Shown: in pieces, positions 55,660 to 64,000 of the stretch
Layout of the letters: every line of letters starts with the position of its first letter
Numbering within the stretch: the first letter of the stretch is position 1
NCBI GenBank assembly: GCA_963664535.1
Contig: OY761465.1
Coordinates: forward strand, 76,980 to 140,979
Source: Candidatus Binatia bacterium
Lineage (GTDB): Bacteria; Desulfobacterota; Binatia; UBA9968; JAJDTQ01
Length of the DNA: 64,000 bases
Direction: 5' to 3'
Made by a program: the position numbers and the translations under genes
Notes under the pieces: generated by a model
Told to the model about the DNA's origin: nothing
The model's database searches: none
What the model saw: only the letters and a program-made list of their open reading frames with translations

Positions 55660-57645
55660 ATGTTGACCCGTTTCGTCGTCAGTCGCAGCCAGCCGTTCGC
55701 GGACGGGCACGAGTTCGGCTCCGCCGGCGCTTACGAGATAGTAGCCGCGAAGGCCTTCGGCGAGGTCGCCCCGGAGGATCCCCGCAACGCCTGCATCGTC
55801 AACCTCGGCAACGCGTCCCGGAACGAACGCGGCGCAGTGGAGTATACCTGCGACGTCCATATCCTGCGGCCGGCGGATCGGGACAGAGGGAACGGCCGCG
55901 TGCTCTACGAGGCTCCCAACCGGGGCAGCAAGCGGGCGCTGATGTTCCTCAACGACGCGCCGGAGTGCAACGACCCCGTGAGCCTGGAACACGCCGGCAA
56001 CGGATTCCTGATGCGATGGGGCTACACCTGGGTCACCTCGGGTTGGCAAGGAGACTTGGTCCCCTGGAAGGACGGGATGGTGCTGGACGTTCCGGTTGCC
56101 ACCGAGCACGGCGCGCCGATCCAGCGGCTCGTGCGCACCGAGATCTGCGTCACCCGTCCCGGCATCCGTTCCCGGCCCCTGAGCGGCGATCCGCGCGTCC
56201 GCAGCTACCCCGCCGTGAATCCCGACAGCTCACAGGCCGAGTTGACGGTGAGGATGCGCTCCTACGGCCAGCGGGAGGTCATCCCGCATACGGACTGGGC
56301 GTTCGCCGTCGAGGGCGGGAACGGATCACGGGAGATCACTCCGAGCGCGTCCCATCTCCACTTGCCGGACGGATTCATTCCGGGGGCCATCTACGAGCTG
56401 GTGTACACGGCGCGGGATCCGCTGGTGCTGGGGCTCGGGTTCGCGGCGGTGCGCGATCTTGTCTCGTTCCTGCGCCGCGAGGAAGAGGACGGCGCCGGCA
56501 ACCCCAACCCCCTGGCGGGCGGCGGGGGCGTCGAGAAGGCCTATGCCTGGGGCCGTTCCCAGAGCGGCCGGTTCCTGCGCGACCTGGTCTACCAGGGGTT
56601 CAACGAGGACGAGCACGGACGGCAGGTGTTCGAAGCCATCGCGCCCCACGCCTCCGGCGGCGGGCGGATGTTCCTCAACTACGAGTTCGCCCGCCCCGTC
56701 ACCTCGTGTCAGCAGCACACCAACCAGCTCGAGCCGGAGCTTTTCCCTTTCGCCTACAACGTCATGGAGGATCCGCAGACGGGCCGGAGCGACGGGATTC
56801 TCAAGCGCCCCGCCACCGATCCCCTTGTGTTCCATACCCAGACTTGCACCGAGTACTGGCAGAAGCGGGGAGCGCTGGCCCACACCGACGGGCGCGGAAA
56901 CGATCTCTCCCTGCCCGATGGCGTGCGCATATATCTGTTCGCCAGCACCCAGCACAACGCGCCCTACGGCACCCGGGCCGAAAAAGGCAAGACCCGACAC
57001 CTGAGCAATCCCGTGAGCATCGGTCCCGCCCTGCGCGCCCTCATGGTCGCCATGGACCGGTGGGCCACCGACGGTACCGTGCCGCCTACGAGCCAGATCC
57101 CGCGCAGCACCGACAACACGCTTGCAACCCCGGAAAGCCTGTGCACCGGGTTCCCGGCCATCCCGGGCGCGGCCTGCACCGGCCTCCACAACCGCCAACT
57201 GTTCCTCGACTACGGCGAGGGAGTTGCCGGGGGCGTCATCGACGCCCGCCCGCAGACGCCGACCGATGGGGCCGGTTACAGCGTTCTCATACCGGCAGTG
57301 GATGCGGACGGCAACGATGTCGCAGGGGTTCGCCTTCCCTGGATCACCGTACCCTTGGCCACCTACACCGGATGGAACCTGCAATCCCACGAGTTGGCGG
57401 AAGGTGAATTGGCCGGCCTGTTGGGCTCGTCCATCCCCTTCCCCCAGACTCGCGCCGACCGTGTGGCCGCCGGCGACCCGCGCCGGTCGTTGGAGGAAAG
57501 GTACGCGAGCGTGGATGACTACCTCCAACAGGTACGAGCCGCCATGGAGGCTCTGGTCGCCACCGGCTTCATGCTTGCCGAGGATATCGATGCGCTATTG
57601 GCGGATTACCGGAAGGCGTACCTGGAAGCCGTCGTCGGCCCGTGA
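55660..57645 (+). CDS. Alpha/beta hydrolase domain protein
   Basis: GNGRVLYEAPNRG, nucleophile elbow GRSQSG, TEYWQ and VPLATYTGWN. GGAGG RBS before ATG 55660. Confidence 0.8.
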   Translation: MLTRFVVSRSQPFADGHEFGSAGAYEIVAAKAFGEVAPEDPRNACIVNLGNASRNERGAVEYTCDVHILRPADRDRGNGRVLYEAPNRGSKRALMFLNDAPECNDPVSLEHAGNGFLMRWGYTWVTSGWQGDLVPWKDGMVLDVPVATEHGAPIQRLVRTEICVTRPGIRSRPLSGDPRVRSYPAVNPDSSQAELTVRMRSYGQREVIPHTDWAFAVEGGNGSREITPSASHLHLPDGFIPGAIYELVYTARDPLVLGLGFAAVRDLVSFLRREEEDGAGNPNPLAGGGGVEKAYAWGRSQSGRFLRDLVYQGFNEDEHGRQVFEAIAPHASGGGRMFLNYEFARPVTSCQQHTNQLEPELFPFAYNVMEDPQTGRSDGILKRPATDPLVFHTQTCTEYWQKRGALAHTDGRGNDLSLPDGVRIYLFASTQHNAPYGTRAEKGKTRHLSNPVSIGPALRALMVAMDRWATDGTVPPTSQIPRSTDNTLATPESLCTGFPAIPGAACTGLHNRQLFLDYGEGVAGGVIDARPQTPTDGAGYSVLIPAVDADGNDVAGVRLPWITVPLATYTGWNLQSHELAEGELAGLLGSSIPFPQTRADRVAAGDPRRSLEERYASVDDYLQQVRAAMEALVATGFMLAEDIDALLADYRKAYLEAVVGP

Positions 57646-57655
57646 GAAAAGGGTG

Positions 57656-57729
57656 TGCCCCCGGCGAGACTCGAACTCACGACACCAGGATTAGGAATCC
57701 TGTGCTCTATCCTGCTGAGCTACGGGGGC
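57656..57729 (-). tRNA. tRNA-Arg (anticodon CCT), CCA not encoded
   Basis: GCCCCCG acceptor stem, TAGCTCAG D arm, CAGGA-TTCCTAA-TCCTG anticodon arm and GTTCGAGT T loop. Confidence 0.96.
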
Positions 57730-57857
57730 GTACAGGGAAGCCTAGCACGGCATCGGGATCCAGGCACGCGCGGAAACCTGTCCCGAAGCCGTAACGGAGA
57801 TTTCTGACACGCCTCCGCGCGGCCTGTCAAACGTTACCCAAGCTGTGTTCTCCGGTG

Positions 57858-58481
57858 CTATGCGTCCGGCGGCACCTGCATGCCGCGCTGCACCGCGGGG
57901 CGGGCGCCGATGGCGTCGAACCAGCGCTTGACCTGCGGGAAGTCGGCCAGATCCACCTGATGCCGCTCGTGCCGGCCCACCCAGGGGTAGGTGGCGATAT
58001 CGGCGACCGTATACTCGCCGGCCAGGTATTCGTGGTCGGACAGGCGTTTCTCCATGACTCCATAGAGCCGGCGGGTTTCGTTCTTGTACCGGTTGATGCC
58101 GTAGGGGACCTGCTCCTTGGCGCCGAGGAAGTGGTGCGCTTGGCCGAACATGGGCCCTACTCCGCCCATCTGGAACATGAGCCACTGCATGACGTCATAG
58201 CGGGCCCGGGACTCCTCGGGCAGGAACCGGCCTCCGGACTTCTCGGAGAGGTAAAGCAGGATCGCACCGGATTCGAACAGGCTGTAGGGACCTCCCCCGG
58301 GGCCTTCCTGGTCGACGATGGCGGGGATCTTGTTGTTGGGGCTGATGGCCAGGAAGTCGGGGGCGAACTGCTCGTCCTTGCCGATGTTGATCGGATGGAC
58401 CTGGTAGGGCATCTCCAGCTCTTCCAGCATGACGGAGACCTTGCGGCCGTTGGGGGTCCTCCACGTATACAGATCGATCAT
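57858..58481 (-). CDS. Glutathione S-transferase, YfcG/nu-class-like
   Basis: TPNGRK, ISPNNKIPAIVD, FESGAIL, GPMFGQ and ADIATYPW motifs. Confidence 0.92.
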   Translation of the reverse strand: MIDLYTWRTPNGRKVSVMLEELEMPYQVHPINIGKDEQFAPDFLAISPNNKIPAIVDQEGPGGGPYSLFESGAILLYLSEKSGGRFLPEESRARYDVMQWLMFQMGGVGPMFGQAHHFLGAKEQVPYGINRYKNETRRLYGVMEKRLSDHEYLAGEYTVADIATYPWVGRHERHQVDLADFPQVKRWFDAIGARPAVQRGMQVPPDA

Positions 58482-58765
58482 GATGCCTCCTTTGGGTTGA
58501 TCTTGACGCGTCTGGCCGTCCAAGGCAACGGCAGCCCCCTTCTCTTGCTGAGCCGGCCGGCGGCGAGCCCGGCCAGGACCACGAGAAGAAAGACCAGGAC
58601 CGGTCTGACGCGGATGCCGAGGGGGGGCGTGGCCGACGCCACCTCGACGGTTTGCGCGACCTCGGTCTCCTGCTGCATGTCATTAGCGGTCGCGGCGACC
58701 ACCACCCGATGGGGCGAGGCATCCGTGAACTGAAACCGGAGATCGAGGGCACCGTCCGTGGGCAC
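58478..58765 (-). pseudogene. Possible 5'-truncated membrane-anchored hypothetical gene
   Basis: Beta-rich segment plus a C-terminal TM and basic tail, with its stop overlapping the GST start. No signal peptide or good start; the frame runs into AT-rich intergenic DNA. Confidence 0.4.
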
Positions 58766-58880
58766 CCGGTTCAGGGCGAGGACTTCCCTACCCTTCTCGA
58801 GGCAATTGACAAGGGCCGTGAATCGTTCTTTTTTGAATATGGAGAGTGATTAATCGAAGTACTCGGAAAGGAGAAGGACC

Positions 58881-59849
58881 ATGAGCTTGAACCGCAGAAC
58901 GATCCTGGCCGCAGGCGCCTTGTTGTCGGCCTGGGCTCTTGTCTACCCGGCCACCACCCTGGCCGGCAAACGCGTCGTTTTCGGCGGGGGTCCCGCGGGC
59001 GGCACGTTCCAGATCGTGGCCAACTCCATCCAGACCTACGGCCCGGTCAAGAAGTCCAGGGACTACACCGTCAGGGCCCAGTCCTCGGCCGGCTCGGTGG
59101 AAAACCTGCGCAAGGTCAATGCCGGAAGAATGCAGTTCGGCGTGGTCTATTCCGGGCACGTGTATCTCGGGCACAACGGCCGCTTGAAGAACGACAAGCG
59201 CCAGTACAAGGATGTGCTCGCGGTCTCCTACCTGTACGGAGCGCCGGCACAATTGGTGGTGCGCAAGGGGTCGGGCATCCGCAGCGTCAAGGACCTGGTG
59301 GGCAAGAGGGTCGGCGTGGGCAACGCGGGCTCCGGCGCCTTCGCCAACTGCGAGCTGTTCTTCACCCACATGGGCGTCTGGGACAAGGTCGAACGCAATG
59401 CCATGGGGTACAACGACGCGGCCGCGGCCTTCGGGAACAACCAGCTCGATGCCTTCTGGTTGTTCACCGCGTTTCCCAGCGGCGCCGTGATCATGGCCGC
59501 GCAGACCAACGACATCGAGCTGGTGGATCTCGCCAAGGACGCCGAAGACAGCGGCTTCTTCAAGGAGTATCCCTACTTCGCCAAGCTCGCGGTGCCCGCC
59601 GGCACCTACCGCGGCGTCGACAAGACCGCCCCGTCGTTCCAGGACTCCACGCTGTGGGTCGCCAATTCCAAGGTGTCCGCGGACGTGGTCTACGACCTGC
59701 TCTCCAGGATCTACACCGACGAAGGCCTCGCCTACATGCGGAACCAGAAGAAGACCTTCAAGGAGATGAGCGTCAAGAGCGGGACCAAAGGTATCGTGAC
59801 TCCGTTGCATCCGGGAGCGGAGCGGTTCTGGAAAGAGAAGGGTCTGTAG
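58881..59849 (+). CDS. TAXI-family TRAP substrate-binding protein
   Basis: GGPAGGTF, SAGSVEN, GKRVGVGNAGSG and PLHPGAERF motifs. Confidence 0.93.
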   Translation: MSLNRRTILAAGALLSAWALVYPATTLAGKRVVFGGGPAGGTFQIVANSIQTYGPVKKSRDYTVRAQSSAGSVENLRKVNAGRMQFGVVYSGHVYLGHNGRLKNDKRQYKDVLAVSYLYGAPAQLVVRKGSGIRSVKDLVGKRVGVGNAGSGAFANCELFFTHMGVWDKVERNAMGYNDAAAAFGNNQLDAFWLFTAFPSGAVIMAAQTNDIELVDLAKDAEDSGFFKEYPYFAKLAVPAGTYRGVDKTAPSFQDSTLWVANSKVSADVVYDLLSRIYTDEGLAYMRNQKKTFKEMSVKSGTKGIVTPLHPGAERFWKEKGL

Positions 59850-59864
59850 AAGAACGCGAGTAGC

Positions 59865-61589
59865 ATGTTCGAGGAGTTGAACACCGCGGAGCGATGGTTG
59901 TTCGACGCCCTCGCCCTCGTGCTGGTGCTGTTCTATTCGTACTCCGCGGTGCTGGTTCCCGCGGCCACCCAGTACCACCGCGGGATCTACGTCGTCATCA
60001 CCTACGTGCTCGTGTTCCTCGTCTACCGCTCGCGGAGCGTGCCGGGGAGGATCGTCGACTATCTGCTGATGGCCGTGTCGGTGCTGTGCATCGGCTACTG
60101 GATGTGGAACTTCGAGGCCATCAACTACCGGGTCGGGGCGGAAACCGTCCTGGACCAGTGGGTCGCCGTGGCGGGCGTGCTGATCGGGGTCGAGCTGGCG
60201 CGCCGGGTGGTGGGGAACGTCTTCGTTGTCATCGGCGCGGTCATGCTGCTCTACGGGGTCTACGGCGATTCCATGCCCGACCTCATCGCCCATGCCGGCG
60301 ACACTTTCCCGGCCCTCTGCACCAGCATCTTCTACAAGAGCGACGGGGTCTTCGGCATCATGGCCAACGTGCTGGCCACCTACGTGATCCTGTTCGTCAT
60401 CTTCGGGGCCTTCCTCGAGACGAGCGGGGCGCAGCGTTTCTTCGTCGACTTCCCGCTTGCGGCGGTGGGGCACCGGGTGGGCGGCCCGGCCAAGGTGGCG
60501 GTGATCGCCAGCGGTCTCTTCGGCTCCATCTCCGGCAGCGCCATCGCCAATACGGTGTCCACCGGCAACTTCACCATCCCCATGATGAAGAAGGCCGGCT
60601 TCAAGCCCCATGTCGCCGGCGCCGTCGAGCCCGCCGCTTCCATCGGCGGCATGTTCATGCCGCCGATCATGGGCGCCGGCGGCTTCATCATGTCGGAACT
60701 TACCGGCGTGCCCTACTCCACCATCATGCTGGTGGCCGTCTTCCCGGCCCTGATGTACTTCTTCAGCGTCTACGTCATGGTCCACTACGAGGCCAGGCAG
60801 CACGGAATACGGGGCGAGAAGTCCCGGACCGGCGCCGGAGAGATCTTCAGACGCGGCTGGTACTACGTCCTGCCGCTCGCGGTCATCACCGTGCCGATGC
60901 TGCTGGGGTACTCGCCCGCCTATTCCGCGATACTGGGGATGGTGACCTGCATCGCCGTGAGCTGGCTGCGGGAGGATACGAGGATCGGGCCGCGGCGGTT
61001 TCTGGAGGCGGCGCGCGCGGGGGCCGAGAACAGCCTCAAGATCGGCGCCACCCTGGGCGTCATCGGCATCATCATCGGCGTGCTGACCTACAGCGGCCTG
61101 GTGCTCACGTTCGCCGATATCGTGATCGAGCTGGCCGACGGCAAGCTCTGGTTGACCATCCTGCTCATCGCCCTGGCGTCTCTGATCCTCGGCATGGGCG
61201 TGCCGGTGACGGCCGCCTACCTGATCACCGCGGTGGTGGCCGTGCCGCCCTTGACGGAGCTGGGCGTCAATCCCATCGCGGCGCACATGATCGTCTACTG
61301 GCTGTCCCAGGACTCGAACATCACCCCGCCGGTCTGCATCGCCGCGTTCACCGGCGCCACCATCGCCCAGGCCGACATGTGGAAGACCGCCTTCAGCGCC
61401 TTCAAGTTCGCCAAGTTCCTCTATCTCGCCCCCTTCCTCTTCGGCTACGTGCCGGCCTTCTCGCTCGGCGGGAGCGCGTTCGACATCGCCGTCGCCTTCG
61501 TGTCGATCATCATGGGAACCTGGGGCTATTCCTGGCTGCTGAGCGGGGTCTGGCTGAACCGGTTCACCGGCGGAACGGCGAAGGCCTGA
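59865..61589 (+). CDS. TRAP transporter fused permease (TAXI type)
   Basis: GGPAKVAV, GSISGSAIAN, MPPIMGAGGF and ITPPVC motifs. Confidence 0.93.
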   Translation: MFEELNTAERWLFDALALVLVLFYSYSAVLVPAATQYHRGIYVVITYVLVFLVYRSRSVPGRIVDYLLMAVSVLCIGYWMWNFEAINYRVGAETVLDQWVAVAGVLIGVELARRVVGNVFVVIGAVMLLYGVYGDSMPDLIAHAGDTFPALCTSIFYKSDGVFGIMANVLATYVILFVIFGAFLETSGAQRFFVDFPLAAVGHRVGGPAKVAVIASGLFGSISGSAIANTVSTGNFTIPMMKKAGFKPHVAGAVEPAASIGGMFMPPIMGAGGFIMSELTGVPYSTIMLVAVFPALMYFFSVYVMVHYEARQHGIRGEKSRTGAGEIFRRGWYYVLPLAVITVPMLLGYSPAYSAILGMVTCIAVSWLREDTRIGPRRFLEAARAGAENSLKIGATLGVIGIIIGVLTYSGLVLTFADIVIELADGKLWLTILLIALASLILGMGVPVTAAYLITAVVAVPPLTELGVNPIAAHMIVYWLSQDSNITPPVCIAAFTGATIAQADMWKTAFSAFKFAKFLYLAPFLFGYVPAFSLGGSAFDIAVAFVSIIMGTWGYSWLLSGVWLNRFTGGTAKA

Positions 61590-61670
61590 CTGCGCGTGAA
61601 AACGGCTCTCGCGTACCCGGGCCGTTTCCGTGAGTTGACAATCAACCGGCGAAAGTCGAGACTGGCGCCC

Positions 61671-61961
61671 ATGGGTTTTCGTTACAAACAAGGTGATCGC
61701 GTGCGGGTCAAGGAGACGTTGACCCTGGGGCATCACATCCGTTCGCCCCAATACCTCAGGGGGAAAGACGGCGTGGTGGCCGATATCCGTGGCAGCTTCA
61801 AGGACCCGGAGTTGCTCTCCTTCGGCAAGGACGGCCTGCCCATGGCCAACCTCTACTCCATCGAGTTCGACCTCGCCCACGTGTGGGACGACCGGCCCGC
61901 GCCCAACGGCGCCAACAAGATCTACGCGGACATTTTCGAGCAGTGGCTGGAGCCGCGATAA
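61671..61961 (+). CDS. Nitrile hydratase beta C-terminal SH3-like domain / thiocyanate hydrolase alpha-like subunit
   Basis: GDRVRV, HIRSPQYLRGKDG, LYSIEF and DIFEQWLEP motifs. Confidence 0.85.
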   Translation: MGFRYKQGDRVRVKETLTLGHHIRSPQYLRGKDGVVADIRGSFKDPELLSFGKDGLPMANLYSIEFDLAHVWDDRPAPNGANKIYADIFEQWLEPR

Positions 61962-61980
61962 CGCGTACCGGGAGAACGTC

Positions 61981-62799
61981 ATGGCCAGGGAAAAACAGGA
62001 AGAGAACGTCGAGGCTGCCCCCGCCGAGGGGCCGAGCTACTTCGAACGGCGGGCCCGCGCCACCGCGGACCTGTTGAAGGAAAAGGGTGTCCTGAGCGCG
62101 GACGAGACGCGAAGCGTCAAGCACGGGCACGGACACGACCACGGCCACGACGACGTGTTCGAGCAGCTCCACGCCAACAACCCCATCGACACCACGGAGC
62201 ACGAGCACACGCTGTTCGAGAAGCAGATGCTGGCCCTCGGGAACCTCCTGCGGGAGAAGGGCATCATCAGCACCGACGAGGTGCGGCGCAAGATCGACGA
62301 GAACGAGGGCGTATCGCCGCATCAGGGCTCCCGGGTGGTGGCCCGGGCCTGGACCGACCCCGAGTACAAGAAGCGCCTTTTCGAGGACGGCATCGCGGCG
62401 ACCGAGGAGCTCGGCGTCGACATGTCCACCGCCAACCAGCTCATCGCGGTGGAGAACACCGACGAAGTGCACCACGTGGTGGTGTGCACCCTGTGCTCAT
62501 GCTATCCGCGGCAACTTCTGGGACAGCCGCCGGACTGGTACAAGAGCACCAACTACCGCACCCGGGTGGTGGTGGATCCCCGCCGGGTGCTGAAGGAAAT
62601 GGGTCTGGAGTTGCCGGAGCCCACGGAGGTGCGGGTGGTGGACAGCACGGCCGAGACCCGCTACCTGGTGGTGCCCAGGCGTCCCGAGGGAACCGAGGCC
62701 TGGAGCGAAGAGCAACTGGCCGGGCTGGTGACGCGCAACAGCATGGTGGGATGCTCCAACGCCCTCACCCCGATGCAGAAAGAGATGATGGCCGATTGA
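61981..62799 (+). CDS. Co-type nitrile hydratase alpha / thiocyanate hydrolase gamma-like subunit with N-terminal extension
   Basis: VVARAWTDP, VVCTLCSCYP, PPDWYKS and RYLVVPRRP motifs, plus a His-rich duplicated N-terminus. Confidence 0.9.
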   Translation: MAREKQEENVEAAPAEGPSYFERRARATADLLKEKGVLSADETRSVKHGHGHDHGHDDVFEQLHANNPIDTTEHEHTLFEKQMLALGNLLREKGIISTDEVRRKIDENEGVSPHQGSRVVARAWTDPEYKKRLFEDGIAATEELGVDMSTANQLIAVENTDEVHHVVVCTLCSCYPRQLLGQPPDWYKSTNYRTRVVVDPRRVLKEMGLELPEPTEVRVVDSTAETRYLVVPRRPEGTEAWSEEQLAGLVTRNSMVGCSNALTPMQKEMMAD

Positions 62800-62824
62800 G
62801 GCCAGGGATTCCAAGGAGGCCGGC

Positions 62825-63478
62825 ATGAGTGTGTTAAGAAGTCTCAAGGAGCGTTGCGACCCTTCCCTGGGGGGGCTGATCGTGGTGGATGTGCAGAACG
62901 ACTTCTGCAGCCCCGAGGGCGCCTGCGCCAGGCGTGGGTTGGACGTTACCTCGGGTCTTGAAATGATGCCCAACCTCTACAAGCTCATCGACGAGGCGAG
63001 AGAGGTGAGCCTGCCCATCGTCTACATCCAGACCATCCACAGCGAGTGGACCGACACCGAGCCGTGGCTCTACCGCAAGCCGGAGGGCGCCGATACCGAG
63101 ACCTGCCGCGAGGGGTCCTGGGGCGCCGATTTCTTCGACGGCATCGAGCCCCGGGCGGACGAGCGGGTGGTTGTCAAGCACCGCTACAGCGCCTTCATCA
63201 ACACCGACCTGGAAACCATCCTCAAGGCCAAAGGCATCGAGAGCGTCCTCCTGACCGGCGTGGCCACCAACGTGTGCGTGGAAAGCACCATGCGGGACGC
63301 CTTCATGCTGGACTACTACGTCACCATGGTGCACGACTGCATGGCCGGTCCCGACCCGGTGCTGCACGAGGGCACCCTGGAGAACACCCGCCGTCAGTTC
63401 GGCCTGGTGGCGTCCCACCGGGAAGTCATCGATACGTGGGAGGGGCTGGAGCGGAAGAAGGTCGCTCCGGGGTTCTAG
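62825..63478 (+). CDS. Isochorismatase-family cysteine hydrolase (RutB-like)
   Basis: VVDVQNDF, KHRYSAF and GVATNVCVEST, giving the D-K-C triad. Confidence 0.92.
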   Translation: MSVLRSLKERCDPSLGGLIVVDVQNDFCSPEGACARRGLDVTSGLEMMPNLYKLIDEAREVSLPIVYIQTIHSEWTDTEPWLYRKPEGADTETCREGSWGADFFDGIEPRADERVVVKHRYSAFINTDLETILKAKGIESVLLTGVATNVCVESTMRDAFMLDYYVTMVHDCMAGPDPVLHEGTLENTRRQFGLVASHREVIDTWEGLERKKVAPGF

Positions 63479-63509
63479 CCGGGGCGACCGGGCCGGCGGC
63501 CCCGAACAC

Positions 63510-63998
63510 CTAATCCAACTTGATGTCCAACTCCTCCAGCAGCGCCGCCGCATCCGACTTGAAGCCCTCGTCGATGTCCTGATACAGGCTCTTGCCCTTG
63601 GTGTCGGCGTCGACGATGAGAGGGCCCAAACCGTCCACCTCGACGATCCACATGGCCTCTGGCCGGCCCAACTCGGGCCAGGCGCAGTCTATGACCCGTG
63701 TCACCCGCGAGGCGTACTCGTTGTAGTTGCCCGCGCACACCAGGTGAACGCAGCCAGAGCGTTTGCAGAACCCTTCCAGCCCTTCGAGCATCCCCTTGCC
63801 GATGATCACCTTGAGGTCCAACAGGCCAACGGCCTTCTCGATCTTCTCGCGTCCCGCGAGCCAGCTCGGCATGGGCACCATGGCGATCATCTCGGCGCTG
63901 TCCGGCCCTTCCTTCACCAGCGGGCCGCTGTGAAACACGGTCTCGGCGCCGAGCTCCTTGAGGCGGTTGCGGACGCCCTCCCCTCCCTCGGGATCGAT
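63510..63998 (-). CDS. Fe-S hydro-lyase beta (fumarate hydratase/tartrate dehydratase C-terminal) domain, partial
   Basis: FHSGP, IIGKG, ELGRPEAMW and GPLIVDADTKGKSLY motifs. The frame is open to the window edge. Confidence 0.8.
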   Translation of the reverse strand: MDPEGGEGVRNRLKELGAETVFHSGPLVKEGPDSAEMIAMVPMPSWLAGREKIEKAVGLLDLKVIIGKGMLEGLEGFCKRSGCVHLVCAGNYNEYASRVTRVIDCAWPELGRPEAMWIVEVDGLGPLIVDADTKGKSLYQDIDEGFKSDAAALLEELDIKLD

Positions 63999-64000
63999 CA

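Noticed and set aside
57656-57729. tRNA-Arg as integration site of a genomic island
   Set aside because: I saw no integrase and no duplicated tRNA 3' end in the window.
58788-61982. 1064-aa minus-strand ORF, and similar long ORFs such as 17876-20392, 14076-15878, 40997-43105 and 49314-51350
   Set aside because: These are antisense shadows of well-supported genes, expected from high-GC codon bias, and have no recognisable motifs.

Overview
This is a GC-rich (about two-thirds GC by eye) bacterial chromosomal window. The gene order icd-mdh-sucCD-ndk-rlmN-mtnP-pfkB suggests a deltaproteobacterial/Binatia-like lineage; this is inference only. The left half (1-30.9 kb) is mostly housekeeping: cytochrome c maturation genes ccmA-G on the minus strand, then TCA genes, lepAB, carAB, recG, alaC-hom and miaB on the plus strand. 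At 30964-30991 there is a XerCD dif site, and KOPS octamers switch polarity across it, so the window probably spans the replication terminus. Part of dif (5 core bases, the XerD arm and 8 flanking bases) is duplicated as a perfect 24-bp inverted repeat. The right half is accessory metabolism. The strongest finding is a sulfide:quinone oxidoreductase (SQR)-like flavoprotein with an in-frame UGA where its C-terminal catalytic Cys should be. The UGA is followed by a SECIS-like hairpin and 53 more codons of SQR-like C-terminus, so this is a probable selenoenzyme. It lies directly upstream of a persulfide dioxygenase-rhodanese fusion. Also present: a diiron oxidase/cyclase/aldolase/amidohydrolase cluster, ABC and TRAP transporters, an orphan xanthine dehydrogenase (XDH)-family large subunit, an AlbA-ParA cassette, an LLM oxidoreductase-UbiD pair, tRNA-Arg(CCT), an unusually built Co-type nitrile/thiocyanate hydrolase, and several REP palindromes. 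icd carries a 1-nt frameshift. All calls come from motif recognition by eye; no database searches were run.
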